The notes: generated from the sequence alone by a model not told the origin. 47,691 nucleotides of DNA from an uncultured Coriobacteriia bacterium (GCA_964461725.1 CAYWVN010000001.1:1-47691), one strand, 5' to 3'. Positions 32,550-43,092 are shown, counted from the first letter of the stretch. Translations and numbers: made by a program.

Positions 32550-33095
32550 ATGGACAGAGAGAAGGCCCTGGCGCTGGTGGAGAGACATGTCGCCAATGTG
32601 AACCTGGTGCGCCATATGCTGGCCGCCGAGGTCATCATGAGGCGGCTGGCGGTCCACTTCGGGGAAGACGAGGCACTCTGGGCACTCTCTGGGCTGCTCC
32701 ACGACCTTGACTACGACAACACCGCGACGGACCCGGCCCGGCACGGGCATGTCTCCGCCGAGATGCTCGAGTTCACCGATGTGGCGCCGGAAGTCGTCCA
32801 CGCCATCCTGGGCCATGCTGAGAAGGTGGAGCGCAAGAGCCGCATGGACGTGGCGCTCTACGTGACGGACCCGCTGACCGGGTTCCTGGTTGCCTGCGCG
32901 CTGATGACCGCGGACAAGAAGCTGGCCTCGGTCGACACCGGCTTTGCGCTGCGCCGTTTCAAGGAGAAGTCCTTCGCGCGTGGTGCCAAGCGCGAGCAGA
33001 TGCTCATGTGCCAGGATCTCGGACTATCTCTGGAGGACTTCGTGACGATGGGCCTGGAGTCCATGCAGGCCATCGCTTCCGACCTCGGCCTATAG
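32550..33095 (+). CDS. HD-domain metal-dependent phosphohydrolase
   Basis: HD signature LLHDLDY and upstream H (RHMLAAE). AGGAGG is 4 nt... ATG 32550 is preferred to the track start 32505. Confidence 0.7.
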   Translation: MDREKALALVERHVANVNLVRHMLAAEVIMRRLAVHFGEDEALWALSGLLHDLDYDNTATDPARHGHVSAEMLEFTDVAPEVVHAILGHAEKVERKSRMDVALYVTDPLTGFLVACALMTADKKLASVDTGFALRRFKEKSFARGAKREQMLMCQDLGLSLEDFVTMGLESMQAIASDLGL

Positions 33096-33132
33096 CGCTT
33101 TCCCCTTGTGGCTACTATGAGTCCTCTTTATA

Positions 33133-34311
33133 ATGGGGATTATCGTGACTGAGACTCGCGAGATCATCTACCTGGACAACGCGGCGACCTCGTTTCCCAA
33201 GCCGTGCCAGGTCATCGAAGCCGTCACAGACTGCATGGAGCACCACGGCGCCAATCCGGGCCGCGGGGCGCATTCCATGAGCCTGGAGGCCAGCCGCATC
33301 ATCTTCGAGACCCGGGAGCGCATGGCCGCCTTCCTGGGCGCCCAGGACTCAGCCGACGTCGTCTTCACCAAGAACGCCACCGAGGCCTTGAATATCGGGC
33401 TGAAGGGTTTTGTCCGGGCGAGCGACCACATCGTGACGACCTCGATGGAGCACAACTCCGTGGCGCGGCCGATCGAGTGGCTTGTGCGACTGGGAGTCAA
33501 GCTCACCAAGGTGCAATGCTCGCCGGAGGGCGTGCTGGACCCCGAGGACGTCGACCGGGCCATCCGGGCCGACACGCGGCTCATCGCCGTGACCCACGCC
33601 TCGAATGTGACCGGTACCATCATGCCGATCGAGGCCATCGCCAAGATTGCCAGCAAACACGGCATCCCGGTCATGGTGGACGCGGCCCAGACGGCCGGCG
33701 TGTTGCCGATAGACGTCGGCGCGCTCGGCGTCGACATGGTGGCCTTCTCCGGCCACAAGGGGATGCTGGGACCGCAGGGGACCGGCGTGCTATACATCAG
33801 CCCGGATCTCGACCTGCGTGAGATGATGCAGGGTGGCACGGGCTCTGAGTCCGAGTCCATCCGGCAGCCCGTCGAGAGACCGGAGCGCTTCGAGTGTGGA
33901 ACTCCCAACACGCTCGGTATCGCCGGACTGGGCGCCGCGCTGGAGTTCCTGGGCGAAGTGGGACTGGACGCGGTTCGGGCGCGCGAGGTGGAGCTCACGG
34001 CGCGGCTCTTGGGCGGGTTCCGCGGGATTCCGGCAGTGACTGTCTACGGGCCGGGCGACGCGGAGGCGCGCACGGCTATCGTGTCTATCAACATCGACGG
34101 GATGGATTCGAGCCAGGCGGCATTCCTCCTCGACAAGAACTATCGGATCGCGGTGCGCTCCGGCCTGCATTGTGCGCCGGAGGCCCATCGGACGCTGGGC
34201 ACCCTGACGCCGGGCACGGTCCGCTTCAGTATCGGGTACTTCAACACTGCCGAAGACGTGGACGCCGCCATCAAAGCGGTGGCCGAGATCGCGGGCCGGG
34301 ACCGCACCTAG
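33133..34311 (+). CDS. Class V aminotransferase: cysteine desulfurase / selenocysteine lyase-like
   Basis: YLDNAATSFPKP N-terminus. PLP-lysine context FSGHKGMLGPQGTGVLY. Conserved Cys in RSGLHCAPEAH. The start could be ATG 33133 or GTG 33145. Confidence 0.8.
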   Translation: MGIIVTETREIIYLDNAATSFPKPCQVIEAVTDCMEHHGANPGRGAHSMSLEASRIIFETRERMAAFLGAQDSADVVFTKNATEALNIGLKGFVRASDHIVTTSMEHNSVARPIEWLVRLGVKLTKVQCSPEGVLDPEDVDRAIRADTRLIAVTHASNVTGTIMPIEAIAKIASKHGIPVMVDAAQTAGVLPIDVGALGVDMVAFSGHKGMLGPQGTGVLYISPDLDLREMMQGGTGSESESIRQPVERPERFECGTPNTLGIAGLGAALEFLGEVGLDAVRAREVELTARLLGGFRGIPAVTVYGPGDAEARTAIVSINIDGMDSSQAAFLLDKNYRIAVRSGLHCAPEAHRTLGTLTPGTVRFSIGYFNTAEDVDAAIKAVAEIAGRDRT

Positions 34312-34388
34312 TGATGCGCCGTGCGGACCGGCGGTGCGCCGGACGGACCGGTGCCCCGCTGGATGGACCAGGGAGGTGACATGCGCCG

Positions 34389-35426
34389 ATGGCCGATGAA
34401 GTGAAGCTCACGCAGCTGGCAAGCAAGGCGGGCTGAGCGTCTAAGATGGGTCCGGGAGACCTGGAGAAAGCGCTGGCGGGCCTGCCCCGCGAGGTATCGG
34501 ACGAGCTGCTGGTCGGCTTCGAGCATTCGGACGACGCGGCCGTGTATCGGTTCTCGGACGACTGCACGTTGATCCAGACGGTGGACTTCTTCACGCCGGT
34601 CGTCGACACGCCGTACCTCTTCGGCCAGATATCGGCCGCCAACTCCCTGAGCGATATCTACGCGATGGGCGGCGAGCCGGTGACCGTCATGAACCTGGTG
34701 GGGTTCCCCTGCCATCTCGACTTGAGCGTCCTCGGCGAGATACTGCGGGGCGGTGCCGAGAAGGTGCGGGAAGCGGGGGCCGTCATCGTCGGCGGCCACA
34801 CGGTCCAAGACGACGAGCCCAAGTACGGGATGGCCGTCACCGGGCGGGTGATAGACGGGCGCTTCACGACCAACGCGGCGTGCCGCCCGGGGGACCGGCT
34901 GGTGCTGACCAAGCGTCTCGGCATCGGGGTTCTCTCGACGGCGCTGAAGGGCGGGCTGATCGGTGAAGACGACATGATGCCGGCCATCGATGAGGCGCGG
35001 ATGCTGAACCGTGCGGCCGCCGAGGCGATGCGTGAGGTCGGGGCCCATGCCTGCACCGACGTCACCGGTTTCGGTCTGGCCGGGCACCTGAAACTGATGC
35101 TGGAGGCGAGCGGCGCGTCGGCGCGGCTTTTCGGCGACGCGCTACCCATCTGGGAGAACGCGCTGGAGTTCGCGGCGACCGGCGTCATCCCGGGCGGGGC
35201 GCATGACAACGAGAAGTACTTGGCGTCTTGGATCGATGTAGGCGGCATGCACGATACGCGGAAGGAGTTTCTCTTCGACCCGCAGACATCGGGTGGGCTT
35301 ATCATCTCGGTCGCTTCAGAGCGCGAGACGGAGCTCCTGGCCGCGCTGGAGTCTCGTGGTGTCGCCACCAGGGCGGTCATCGGCGAGGTGTTCGACGGAC
35401 CGGCCGGGCATATCGCGATTTGCTAG
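34389..35426 (+). CDS. selD: Selenophosphate synthetase SelD, itself a selenoprotein (TGA 34434-34436 = Sec)
   Basis: The track ORF starts at ATG 34446, but the frame is open upstream: ATG 34389 MADEVKLTQLASKAG-TGA-ASKMGPGDLEKAL. This is the SelD active-site loop G(C/U)xxK. RBS GGGAGGTGA lies 9 nt before ATG 34389. A hand-folded hairpin at 34447-34463 is a possible SECIS. Confidence 0.8.
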
Positions 35427-35440
35427 AAGGGGGAACGGAA

Positions 35441-36019
35441 GTGGAGGCGAAGACGGTCGACGCGCGCGGGCTGGCCTGCCCGCAGCCGGTAATACTCACC
35501 AAGCAGGCTTTGGACGGCGGGGCCGATGCGGTGACGGTGCTCGTGGACAACGAGGCGGCCGTCGGCAACGTCTCCAAGATGGGGACGGCCTATGGGTGCA
35601 ACGTCACCGTGGAGGGCGCCGCCCCGGACTTCAAGCTGAACCTGGTCCGGGTCGGGGAGAAGGAAGCCGCGGCGCCGGCGACCGGCGAGACCGTGTTCCT
35701 TATCACCTCGGACGTCCTGGGCCAGGGCAGCGAGGAGCTGGGTCTGACGCTCCGGCGCAGTTTCCTACACGTTCTGACTGAAGTCGACTGCAAGCCGACT
35801 AGGCTCGTGTTGATGAACAGCGCCGTCAAGCTGGTGGTGGAGGGCTCGCCGGTCCTCGAGGACCTGAAGGCTCTTGACCGCGCCGGCGTCGGTATCGCGG
35901 CTTGCGGTCTGTGCCTCGACTACCTTAATCTGAAGGACAAGGTGGCCGTCGGCGAGGTCGGCAATATGTACGACTTCGTCGAGACGTTCATGTCGGGTGC
36001 CAAGGTAGTGAGCATCTAG
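35441..36019 (+). CDS. yedF: Selenium metabolism protein YedF (TusA-like domain + DsrE-like domain)
   Basis: VDARGLACPQPVILTK (CPxP sulfur/selenium-carrier motif), then a DsrE-like C-domain (VFLITSDVLGQGSEELG...). GTG 35441 follows GAAGGGGGAA. The track start 35228 would overlap selD by ~200 nt. Confidence 0.75.
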   Translation: MEAKTVDARGLACPQPVILTKQALDGGADAVTVLVDNEAAVGNVSKMGTAYGCNVTVEGAAPDFKLNLVRVGEKEAAAPATGETVFLITSDVLGQGSEELGLTLRRSFLHVLTEVDCKPTRLVLMNSAVKLVVEGSPVLEDLKALDRAGVGIAACGLCLDYLNLKDKVAVGEVGNMYDFVETFMSGAKVVSI

Positions 36020-36049
36020 CCGCCGGAGCCGGCGAACAAAGGAACTCCT

Positions 36050-37468
36050 TTGCCCACCAAGAACGAACTGCTGCGCCAGATTCCATCGATCGACCAATTG
36101 GTGGCCTCGCCTGAGGCGTCCCGCGCGCTAGAGCGCTTCGACCGCGAGCTGGTGGTCGATTGCCTCAGGGAGGCGGTCGACGGGCTGCGCGCGCAAGTTC
36201 TGGCCGCACCCGGCGAGGAGGGCCCCGAAGGCGTGGAGGTCACCGCGGCCGCTATCGCCGGGGAGGCGGAGACGATCGTGCGGCGTCTCTTCCAGCCCAA
36301 CCTGCAGCGTGTCATCAACGCGACCGGGGTGGTCATCCACACCAACCTGGGGCGCTCGATCCTGTCGGTGGAGGCCTGTGAGGCTGTGCAGATGGCGGCC
36401 CGCAACTACTCCAACCTGGAGTTCGATATCGGCTCCGGCGCGCGCGGCTCGCGCCACAGCCACGTCGAGACACTGCTCCGCGGGCTGACCGGCGCCGAAG
36501 CGGGGATGGTGGTGAACAACAACGCGGCCGCTGTGCTCCTCGCACTGGCCGCGCTGGCCGACGGCAAGGAGTCGATCGTCTCGCGCGGTCAGCTGGTGGA
36601 AATTGGCGGCTCCTTCCGCATCCCGGACGTCATGAGCCAGAGCGGCTCCATCTTGCGGGAGGTCGGCGCGACCAACAAGACACACCTGGCTGACTATGAG
36701 GCGGCCATCGGTGAGCGGACCGGCCTCTTGCTCCGGGTCCACCCGAGCAACTTCAAGATGATGGGGTTCACCACCGAGGTGAGCCTGGAGGAGCTGGTCG
36801 AGCTGGGCGCCAAGCGCGGCATCCCGGTCATGGAAGACCTGGGGAGCGGCGTGCTGGTCGATTTGTCATCGTATGGGCTGCCCTTCGAGCCGACCGTTCA
36901 GCACTCGGTGGCCAGCGGCGCCGACGTCGTCACATTCAGCGGGGACAAGCTTCTGGGCGGGCCGCAGGCCGGCGTCGTCGTGGGCAAGACGGAAGCGGTT
37001 GCCCGCATGAAGAAGCACCCGCTGGCCCGGGCGCTCCGCGTCGACAAGATGACCCTGGCGGCGCTGGAAGCGACACTGCGCGGCTATCTCAACCCGGCCC
37101 GCGTGCTGGAGGACAACCCGACGGTGCGCATGATCACGGTGGGCCGTGACGAACTCGCCCGCCAGGCCCAGGGGCTGGCCGAGAAGCTCTCCGCGCTGGC
37201 AGATCATTTCGACATCACCTGCGAAGACGAGATTTCCCGCGCCGGCGGAGGGGCGCTGCCGATGACAGAGCTCCCGACCGTGGTCGTGGCGCTGAAGCCC
37301 AAGACCGCCCGCGTGGAGGCGATCGAGGCGGCTCTGCGCACGGGGACGCCGCACGTCATCGCGCGGGTCAAGGAGGACCGGCTCCTTCTGGATCCGCGGA
37401 CCATCCAGACAGGCGAGGACGACGAGGTTCTGACCGCGCTGACCGCCGCGATGGGCAGAAGCGGATGA
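36050..37468 (+). CDS. selA: L-seryl-tRNA(Sec) selenium transferase SelA
   Basis: N-terminus LLRQIPSIDQLV. PLP-lysine motif FSGDKLLGGPQAGVVVG. Typical length of 472 aa. Confidence 0.9.
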   Translation: MPTKNELLRQIPSIDQLVASPEASRALERFDRELVVDCLREAVDGLRAQVLAAPGEEGPEGVEVTAAAIAGEAETIVRRLFQPNLQRVINATGVVIHTNLGRSILSVEACEAVQMAARNYSNLEFDIGSGARGSRHSHVETLLRGLTGAEAGMVVNNNAAAVLLALAALADGKESIVSRGQLVEIGGSFRIPDVMSQSGSILREVGATNKTHLADYEAAIGERTGLLLRVHPSNFKMMGFTTEVSLEELVELGAKRGIPVMEDLGSGVLVDLSSYGLPFEPTVQHSVASGADVVTFSGDKLLGGPQAGVVVGKTEAVARMKKHPLARALRVDKMTLAALEATLRGYLNPARVLEDNPTVRMITVGRDELARQAQGLAEKLSALADHFDITCEDEISRAGGGALPMTELPTVVVALKPKTARVEAIEAALRTGTPHVIARVKEDRLLLDPRTIQTGEDDEVLTALTAAMGRSG

Positions 37469-37477
37469 TTCCGGTGA

Positions 37478-39403
37478 GTGACGCCGGTGACTGACCAGAG
37501 CCATCCACTCATCCTCGGCACAGCCGGTCACATCGACCACGGCAAGACGGTGCTCATCAAGGCCCTGACGGGCATCGACACGGATCGCCTCAAGGAAGAG
37601 AAGGCCCGCGGCATCTCCATCGACCTCGGCTTCGCCCACCTGGAGCTTCCCAGCGGTCAGCGTCTGGGTATCGTCGACGTGCCCGGGCACGAGCGGTTCG
37701 TCAAGAACATGTTGGCCGGGGCGACCGGCATTGACATGGTGCTCCTGGTCGTGGCGGCCGATGACGGCTTGATGCCGCAGACGCTGGAGCACCTGGCCAT
37801 CATCGACCTCCTGGGGATCTCGCGCGGGGTGGTGGCGATCACCAAGTGCGACCTGGCCGAGGACGACTGGATCGACATGGTCGAGGAAGACATCCGCGGG
37901 GTCCTCAAGGGCACCGCGCTGGAGGGTGCGCCGATTGTGCGGGTGTCCGCCCGCGAGGGGCGCGGCCTCGACGACTTGAAGCGCGAGCTGGACGTGATCG
38001 CGATGGCTACCGTGCGCCGCGAGGACAAGGCGCCGGCGCGGCTGCCGGTGGACCGCGTGTTCTCTCTGACCGGCGCCGGCACGGTGGTGACCGGGACGCT
38101 GTGGTCCGGCCACATCCGCCCGGAGGACAAGGTGGTGCTGCAACCCGAGGGAAGAGAGGCGCGCGTCCGCAGCGTCCAGGTGCACGGCGAGAAGTCGACG
38201 GAAGCGGAGGCAGGCCAGCGGGTGGCGCTGAATCTGGCCGGGCTGGCTAAGACAGACCTCGCGCGCGGCGACTGGGCGACCGCCCCCCGCTACCTCTCGC
38301 CCTCCTGGATGGTCGACGTGCGGCTGCGCCTGCTCGCCGGCGCGCCGCGGCCGCTGCGTCATCGGACCCGGGTGCGGCTGCACCACGGCACGAGCGAGAT
38401 CCTGGGCCGGGTGGTGCTCTTGGACCAAGACGAACTGGCTCCCGGGAACGCCGCGTTCGCCCAGCTCAAGCTGGAAGCACCCATCGTGCCCAAGCGCGGC
38501 GACCGGTTCATCATCAGGTCGTACTCGCCGGTGCAGACGATCGGCGGGGGCCGGATAGTCGACAGCCATCCGCGGCGCCACCGTCGCCACGACGCGGAGG
38601 TCGTGAAGCGTCTCGACGAGCTTACCCACGCCGACCCGGACCGGGTGGTCGCGGTGGTCATAGAAGAGGAAGCCTGGCCCGTGGCGCTGGACGAGCTGGT
38701 CGCCCGCACCGAGCTCGAGACGATCGAGGTCGAGGAGGCGGTGAACCGACTCCTTTCGGAGGACAAAGTGGCCGTGCTCGATTTCGATGGCAAGAAGCAC
38801 TACGTGGCTCCGGGGCAGCTGGACTACCTGGAGGAACGACTGCTGCGCTACCTGGGCGAGTATCACCTCGCCAATCCGTTGAAGAAGGGTGCGGACAAGC
38901 AGGTTATGCGGGCCGAGGTCTTCGGCGACGCGCCGGCGCGCACCTTCGAGGGGCTGCTCGGCTACTTCGCCTCGCGGGGACTCATCAAGATGACGGGTCC
39001 GTTGGTCGCGCATGCTGAAGCCAAGCTGGATCTCGGGGAGCGGGACGAGAAGGCGCTCGAGCGGGTGGAGCAGGAGTTGGGCCGCGAGCTGTTTGCTCCG
39101 CCTGAGTTGACGGCCCTGATAGAGGCTGTCGGTCGCACCCCCGCCGAGGTCAAGGAAATGCTGAAGATCCTCGAGGAGAAGGGGTCCGTGACCCGGGTGA
39201 CCTCGGACCTGTACTTCCTGACCGAGGCCGTCGATCACGCCGTTCAGACAATCGAGGGTAAGCTCGCCGGCGAGAACGGCTTCACCGTCTCCGACTTCCG
39301 CCAGGCCGTGGGGACCAGTCGTAAGTACGCGCTCCCTCTGCTAAACTTCTTTGATGCGCGAGGGCTCACTCGTCGCGATGGCGACGTGCGGCGCCCGCGC
39401 TAG
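37478..39403 (+). CDS. selB: Selenocysteine-specific elongation factor SelB
   Basis: GTPase motifs [19 protein letters not shown] and TKCD. Long C-terminal winged-helix extension of ~300 aa. Lies between selA and tRNA-Sec. Confidence 0.9.
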   Translation: MTPVTDQSHPLILGTAGHIDHGKTVLIKALTGIDTDRLKEEKARGISIDLGFAHLELPSGQRLGIVDVPGHERFVKNMLAGATGIDMVLLVVAADDGLMPQTLEHLAIIDLLGISRGVVAITKCDLAEDDWIDMVEEDIRGVLKGTALEGAPIVRVSAREGRGLDDLKRELDVIAMATVRREDKAPARLPVDRVFSLTGAGTVVTGTLWSGHIRPEDKVVLQPEGREARVRSVQVHGEKSTEAEAGQRVALNLAGLAKTDLARGDWATAPRYLSPSWMVDVRLRLLAGAPRPLRHRTRVRLHHGTSEILGRVVLLDQDELAPGNAAFAQLKLEAPIVPKRGDRFIIRSYSPVQTIGGGRIVDSHPRRHRRHDAEVVKRLDELTHADPDRVVAVVIEEEAWPVALDELVARTELETIEVEEAVNRLLSEDKVAVLDFDGKKHYVAPGQLDYLEERLLRYLGEYHLANPLKKGADKQVMRAEVFGDAPARTFEGLLGYFASRGLIKMTGPLVAHAEAKLDLGERDEKALERVEQELGRELFAPPELTALIEAVGRTPAEVKEMLKILEEKGSVTRVTSDLYFLTEAVDHAVQTIEGKLAGENGFTVSDFRQAVGTSRKYALPLLNFFDARGLTRRDGDVRRPR

Positions 39404-39405
39404 AT

Positions 39406-39502
39406 GGAGGCGAATCAGTCCTGGTGGGCTGCCTGGTCTTCAAAACCACGGTAGGGCGTGAAGAGCGTCCTGGGTAGGTTCGATTCCTACACGCCTCCGC
39501 CA
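39406..39502 (+). tRNA. selC: tRNA-Sec (anticodon UCA)
   Basis: GGAGGCG acceptor arm pairs with CGCCTCC-G-CCA at the 3' end. 6-bp D stem CAGTCC/GGGCTG with loop TGGT. Anticodon loop CT-TCA-AA. Long variable arm (AGGGCG..CGTCCT). T arm GTAGG-TTCGATT-CCTAC. 97 nt in total. My hand fold leaves a C.C mismatch in the anticodon stem and an A.A at acceptor pair 8. Confidence 0.85.
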
Positions 39503-39642
39503 CGCTCCTCCTAGGAGAAGCCCCCTCCGGCCGGCTCTCATCTTCTTGCCATGAATCCGAAAAAGGCGGTATCCCCCGGACGCGTCTTTCGTTACTATGG
39601 GGAACAAGTCCAGCTCCGCCTAATGAGGTTTCCGGCAGTCAC

Positions 39643-41337
39643 TTGGCAGTAGGTGAGATCATCCGTAGGCCGATAGTCGTGATGCTCTTTCTCGCACTCG
39701 GCCTTATCTTCCCCGCACTCGCCCACGCAGAGCATGTCGGCGTCCCCGAGCGTGGTTGCCTGGTAGGAGCGGACATCGGTCCGACCGAGGAGTCCAACCA
39801 GGCGGCCATGGCGAGGTTCAACGTCGAGGCCGGCAAGTCGCACGCTTTCTTCCATCGCTACGTCGATTTGCGCACCGATGAGTTCAGCGGATACGGGTAC
39901 ACGGCGGAGGCCTTCTGCAACGCGGCCGACAACGTGGGCGCGGTTCCCTTCCTCACTATCGAACCCTGGAACGCTACCTACTCCTCCGTGCTGACGTCGC
40001 GCGACGTCGCCTGGGTGGAGCGGTTTGCCGCGGACTGCGGCCGGTGGGGCAAGCCGATGATGATCCGGTTCGCTCACGAGATGAACGGGAACTGGTATCC
40101 GTGGGGTTGGCAGAAGACGACGGCCGGCGCGTACGTGCAGGCCTTCAGGACTTTCGGGCGAATCTTCCGCGCGAAGGCCCCCAACGTGAGCCTGGTGTGG
40201 GCGCCCAACCAGAACTGGGGCCCGGTCGCGGACGACGCCTACAGCAACTGGTATCCAGGCGACGAGTACGTCGACTGGGTCGGGCTGTCGGTCTACCACT
40301 GGTACTTCAGCGAGCTCAACTCCGACCAGTTCGCGCGCAATGTGCTCCAGGGGTCCGGCGCCGAGGGCAACTTCCATCGGGAGTTCGCCGTCGGTCACAA
40401 CAAGCCGATGATACTCGCCGAGACGGCCTGCGGAGACGATTTCAGCGACTACTACGACAACAAGGACTACGCCGGCCGCTTTCAGAACGAAACCGGGACC
40501 TATGGGACGCGAGCCGGGCAGGGCGCGCAGAGCTGGTGGATCGATCAGATCTACAAGGTCGGGGGCGGCTATCCGGCCATCGATTCGTCGATGCCGATGC
40601 TGAAAGCCGTCATGTGGTATGCGCGCCCGTATGTGCGTTCGTACCTTCCGAAGCCTGTGGACTTCCAGATCGCCGGTGCCGACAGGACCACGCATTCGCT
40701 CGACTTCTCCGCGTATCGCCGGGCGGTCTCGAATCCGTACTTCAGCAGCGACGCAGTGGGCCCCAGCACGACGTTCACGAGCTCTCCGGCGGCTCCCGAC
40801 GGCCGTTACGGTTGGTATGTCAGCCGGCCGACCATCACGCTGGCGGGCGATTCGTGGAACACTGTGCGATACCGGTGGGGCGGCGCGGGGACCTTCTCTG
40901 ACTATGCCGGCCCGCTCACCGTGTCCGAGGGCCGCCGGGTCCTCGATTTCTACTCTGTGGACGCGCGGGGCATGGCGGAAGCGCCGCGACGGGCGGTCAT
41001 CAAGGTCGACACGAGCGCCCCGGCCCTGTCCCGCGTGGCTGTGCTCCCCAGGGGCTTCACGCCGCGGCGTGGGCAGCGGACGCGCGCTCGATACGTCACC
41101 GCCGACAACCTGAGCGGCCGGATGGCGATGATGATCCTCGTGTACGATCGCAGTCGCCGCTTTGTCTGCCGGGTCGGGCCCAGCTGGAGGGACAGGGGCT
41201 ACGGTTCGACGGTATGGAACGGCCGCAACTCCCGTGGCCGCATCGTGCGGCGCGGCACGTACCTCCTCCGCGTGGTCGCTCGCGACGTGGCGGGCAACCG
41301 CACTGACTCCTCGTTGCGCCCCGTGTTCGTCCGCTAG
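39643..41337 (+). CDS. Secreted glycoside hydrolase family 26-like protein with a C-terminal Ig-like (FlgD-Ig type) domain
   Basis: Signal peptide IVVMLFLALGLIFPALAHA. GH26-like blocks MIRFAHEMNGNWYPWG, LVWAPNQ and WYPGDEYVDWVGLSVYHW. C-terminus GTYLLRVVARDVAGN. Confidence 0.65.
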   Translation: MAVGEIIRRPIVVMLFLALGLIFPALAHAEHVGVPERGCLVGADIGPTEESNQAAMARFNVEAGKSHAFFHRYVDLRTDEFSGYGYTAEAFCNAADNVGAVPFLTIEPWNATYSSVLTSRDVAWVERFAADCGRWGKPMMIRFAHEMNGNWYPWGWQKTTAGAYVQAFRTFGRIFRAKAPNVSLVWAPNQNWGPVADDAYSNWYPGDEYVDWVGLSVYHWYFSELNSDQFARNVLQGSGAEGNFHREFAVGHNKPMILAETACGDDFSDYYDNKDYAGRFQNETGTYGTRAGQGAQSWWIDQIYKVGGGYPAIDSSMPMLKAVMWYARPYVRSYLPKPVDFQIAGADRTTHSLDFSAYRRAVSNPYFSSDAVGPSTTFTSSPAAPDGRYGWYVSRPTITLAGDSWNTVRYRWGGAGTFSDYAGPLTVSEGRRVLDFYSVDARGMAEAPRRAVIKVDTSAPALSRVAVLPRGFTPRRGQRTRARYVTADNLSGRMAMMILVYDRSRRFVCRVGPSWRDRGYGSTVWNGRNSRGRIVRRGTYLLRVVARDVAGNRTDSSLRPVFVR

Positions 41338-41517
41338 GCCGCCCTTTCTCGTCGCGCGTTCCTCCTGCTCTGACTCCCTGTCTGCTTTGACGAAACCCAT
41401 TTCGCCTGCTAGGGTCATTCAAGTACGGGGCTTCTGCCTTCGACAAGACATAGTAGAAGATGCAGCGTTAGCCGTAGCTTTCGTCGCAGCCGTCACTGAA
41501 GCAGGGAGCTGTACAGA

Positions 41518-43092
41518 ATGAGGCAAGAACCCGGACATAGCAGTACCTCCTGGTGCGCGTTTGCCTTCGCAGGCACCGCCGTCTTCCTGATGCTCGCTAT
41601 CCTCAGCCCGGTCTCTCTGGTCGGCGCCGCCGATTTGGGTGTCGCCACGTCGGCTACGGCTGATCCGGCGACGGCCCCATCGACGACAGATGGTTCGGTG
41701 ACAGTCAGAGCGACCCCGGATAGCTCGGCCGCGGTCCAGCCGGCCGCCGCGCTTACGGCCGATTCGGTCAGCCTGGGAGCGTCAAGCACACTCATCACGG
41801 TGGGCTCGGCCGTCTGGCTGACCGGGCACACGAGCTCCACGGCGGCCCGGCAGCGCGTGTACCTTACGCGGCGGCAGGCGGGCCAGACATCGTGGCACTC
41901 GGTGACCTCCACGCTCACCGCCTCGGGAGGGACGTTCCGTTTCCGGGTGGGACCGCAGTGCATCAGCGGATACCGGGCGAAATGGCAGACGGCCACCGAT
42001 GAGCTGACCATCAACGCGCGGGCCAACCTTGGGTTCAAGGTGGACTCGTACATAACGTGGGGCGACGCGGCCGCTCTGAAGGTCTATCTGCGGGGCCGCG
42101 TCAGGGGCGGCATCCACGTACATGTCCTCTACAAGAACTCCTCGATGGACCGCTGGGCGATGCTTCGCGATACGGATACGAGCGATTCCGGGGGGGTCTA
42201 CACATCCAGCTCGCCGGTCCGGAACACGGCCTATGTGGCCCAAGTTCGCGACAATCACTACGTGGCCTCAGACACAACGGCTCGTCCGGTCAAGGTGCGT
42301 CCCCGGCTTACGCTGGCCGTGAGCCGCACGACAGCCCACGTGGGAAATACCATCTCACTCAGTGGCAAGCTCACTCCCAAAGAGCAGCACAGCGTGGTCT
42401 CGCTGCAGACCAGCTCAGACGGCGCCACCTGGCACCAGATCGCCCGGCCGACCGTGAGCGACACGAGCGGCGCTTACCGCGCCTATTGGCAGCCGAATGC
42501 CAAGGCGACGCTGTGGGTGCGGGTGGCCGTGCCGCACAGCAGCGACATGACGGCCGCGTCCAGCCTGTACCTACCGAACAAGCGGGTGTTCCCGGTCGGC
42601 GGCCGGCTGGGGCATGAGGGAGATCGGCTACTCATGTCGTGGGATCGTCTGGGCTGGACGCGGCAGCGCGCCTGGCTGGGCCTTGTCCATCACGACTACC
42701 CGGCGTCCGACATCATGGCCCCCCACGGCTTCCCGGTCTACTCGACGGTCGGTGGAGTGGTGAGGAAGGCGGATCACGACGGGGAGAGCTCCAGTGGCGG
42801 CAACGACGTGACGATCGCCGGCAACGATCGCCGTGTCTACTATTACGCGCATCTGATGACCATCAACCGCAGCATCGTCGTCGGGAAGAGGATCGCCGCA
42901 GGCCGCCAGATCGGCACGGTGGGCTGTTCCGGCAACGCCAGTCATGATGCGCCGCACCTACACTTCGGAGTGAGTCGTCCCGGCGGGACCATCAAGGGGG
43001 AGATCGACCCGTATCCACTGCTGGACCCCGCCTGGGTCAAGGTGTTCGTCCGCACGCCGGCCTACATCGCCCGGAAGGTCACCATCCAGTAG
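41518..43092 (+). CDS. Secreted protein with a C-terminal M23 (LytM-type) metallopeptidase domain
   Basis: Signal peptide, repeated Ig-like regions, then VYYYAHLMTINRSIVVGKRIAAGRQIGTVGCSGNASHDAPHLHFGV (M23 HxH motif). Confidence 0.7.
   Translation: MRQEPGHSSTSWCAFAFAGTAVFLMLAILSPVSLVGAADLGVATSATADPATAPSTTDGSVTVRATPDSSAAVQPAAALTADSVSLGASSTLITVGSAVWLTGHTSSTAARQRVYLTRRQAGQTSWHSVTSTLTASGGTFRFRVGPQCISGYRAKWQTATDELTINARANLGFKVDSYITWGDAAALKVYLRGRVRGGIHVHVLYKNSSMDRWAMLRDTDTSDSGGVYTSSSPVRNTAYVAQVRDNHYVASDTTARPVKVRPRLTLAVSRTTAHVGNTISLSGKLTPKEQHSVVSLQTSSDGATWHQIARPTVSDTSGAYRAYWQPNAKATLWVRVAVPHSSDMTAASSLYLPNKRVFPVGGRLGHEGDRLLMSWDRLGWTRQRAWLGLVHHDYPASDIMAPHGFPVYSTVGGVVRKADHDGESSSGGNDVTIAGNDRRVYYYAHLMTINRSIVVGKRIAAGRQIGTVGCSGNASHDAPHLHFGVSRPGGTIKGEIDPYPLLDPAWVKVFVRTPAYIARKVTIQ

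Noticed and set aside
35228-35440. Long 5' extension of the yedF ORF in the track
   Set aside because: It would overlap selD by ~200 nt in another frame. GTG 35441 has a proper RBS, and the conserved YedF sequence begins there.
36866-39238. 790-aa ORF on the minus strand
   Set aside because: It is antisense to selA and selB, which carry the PLP-Lys and GTPase motifs on the plus strand. No recognisable motifs and a biased composition.
39595-41418. 607-aa ORF on the minus strand
   Set aside because: It is antisense to the GH26-like gene, which has a signal peptide and conserved blocks (FAHEMNGNWYPWG). The minus-frame product is Arg/Pro/Gly-rich with no motifs.
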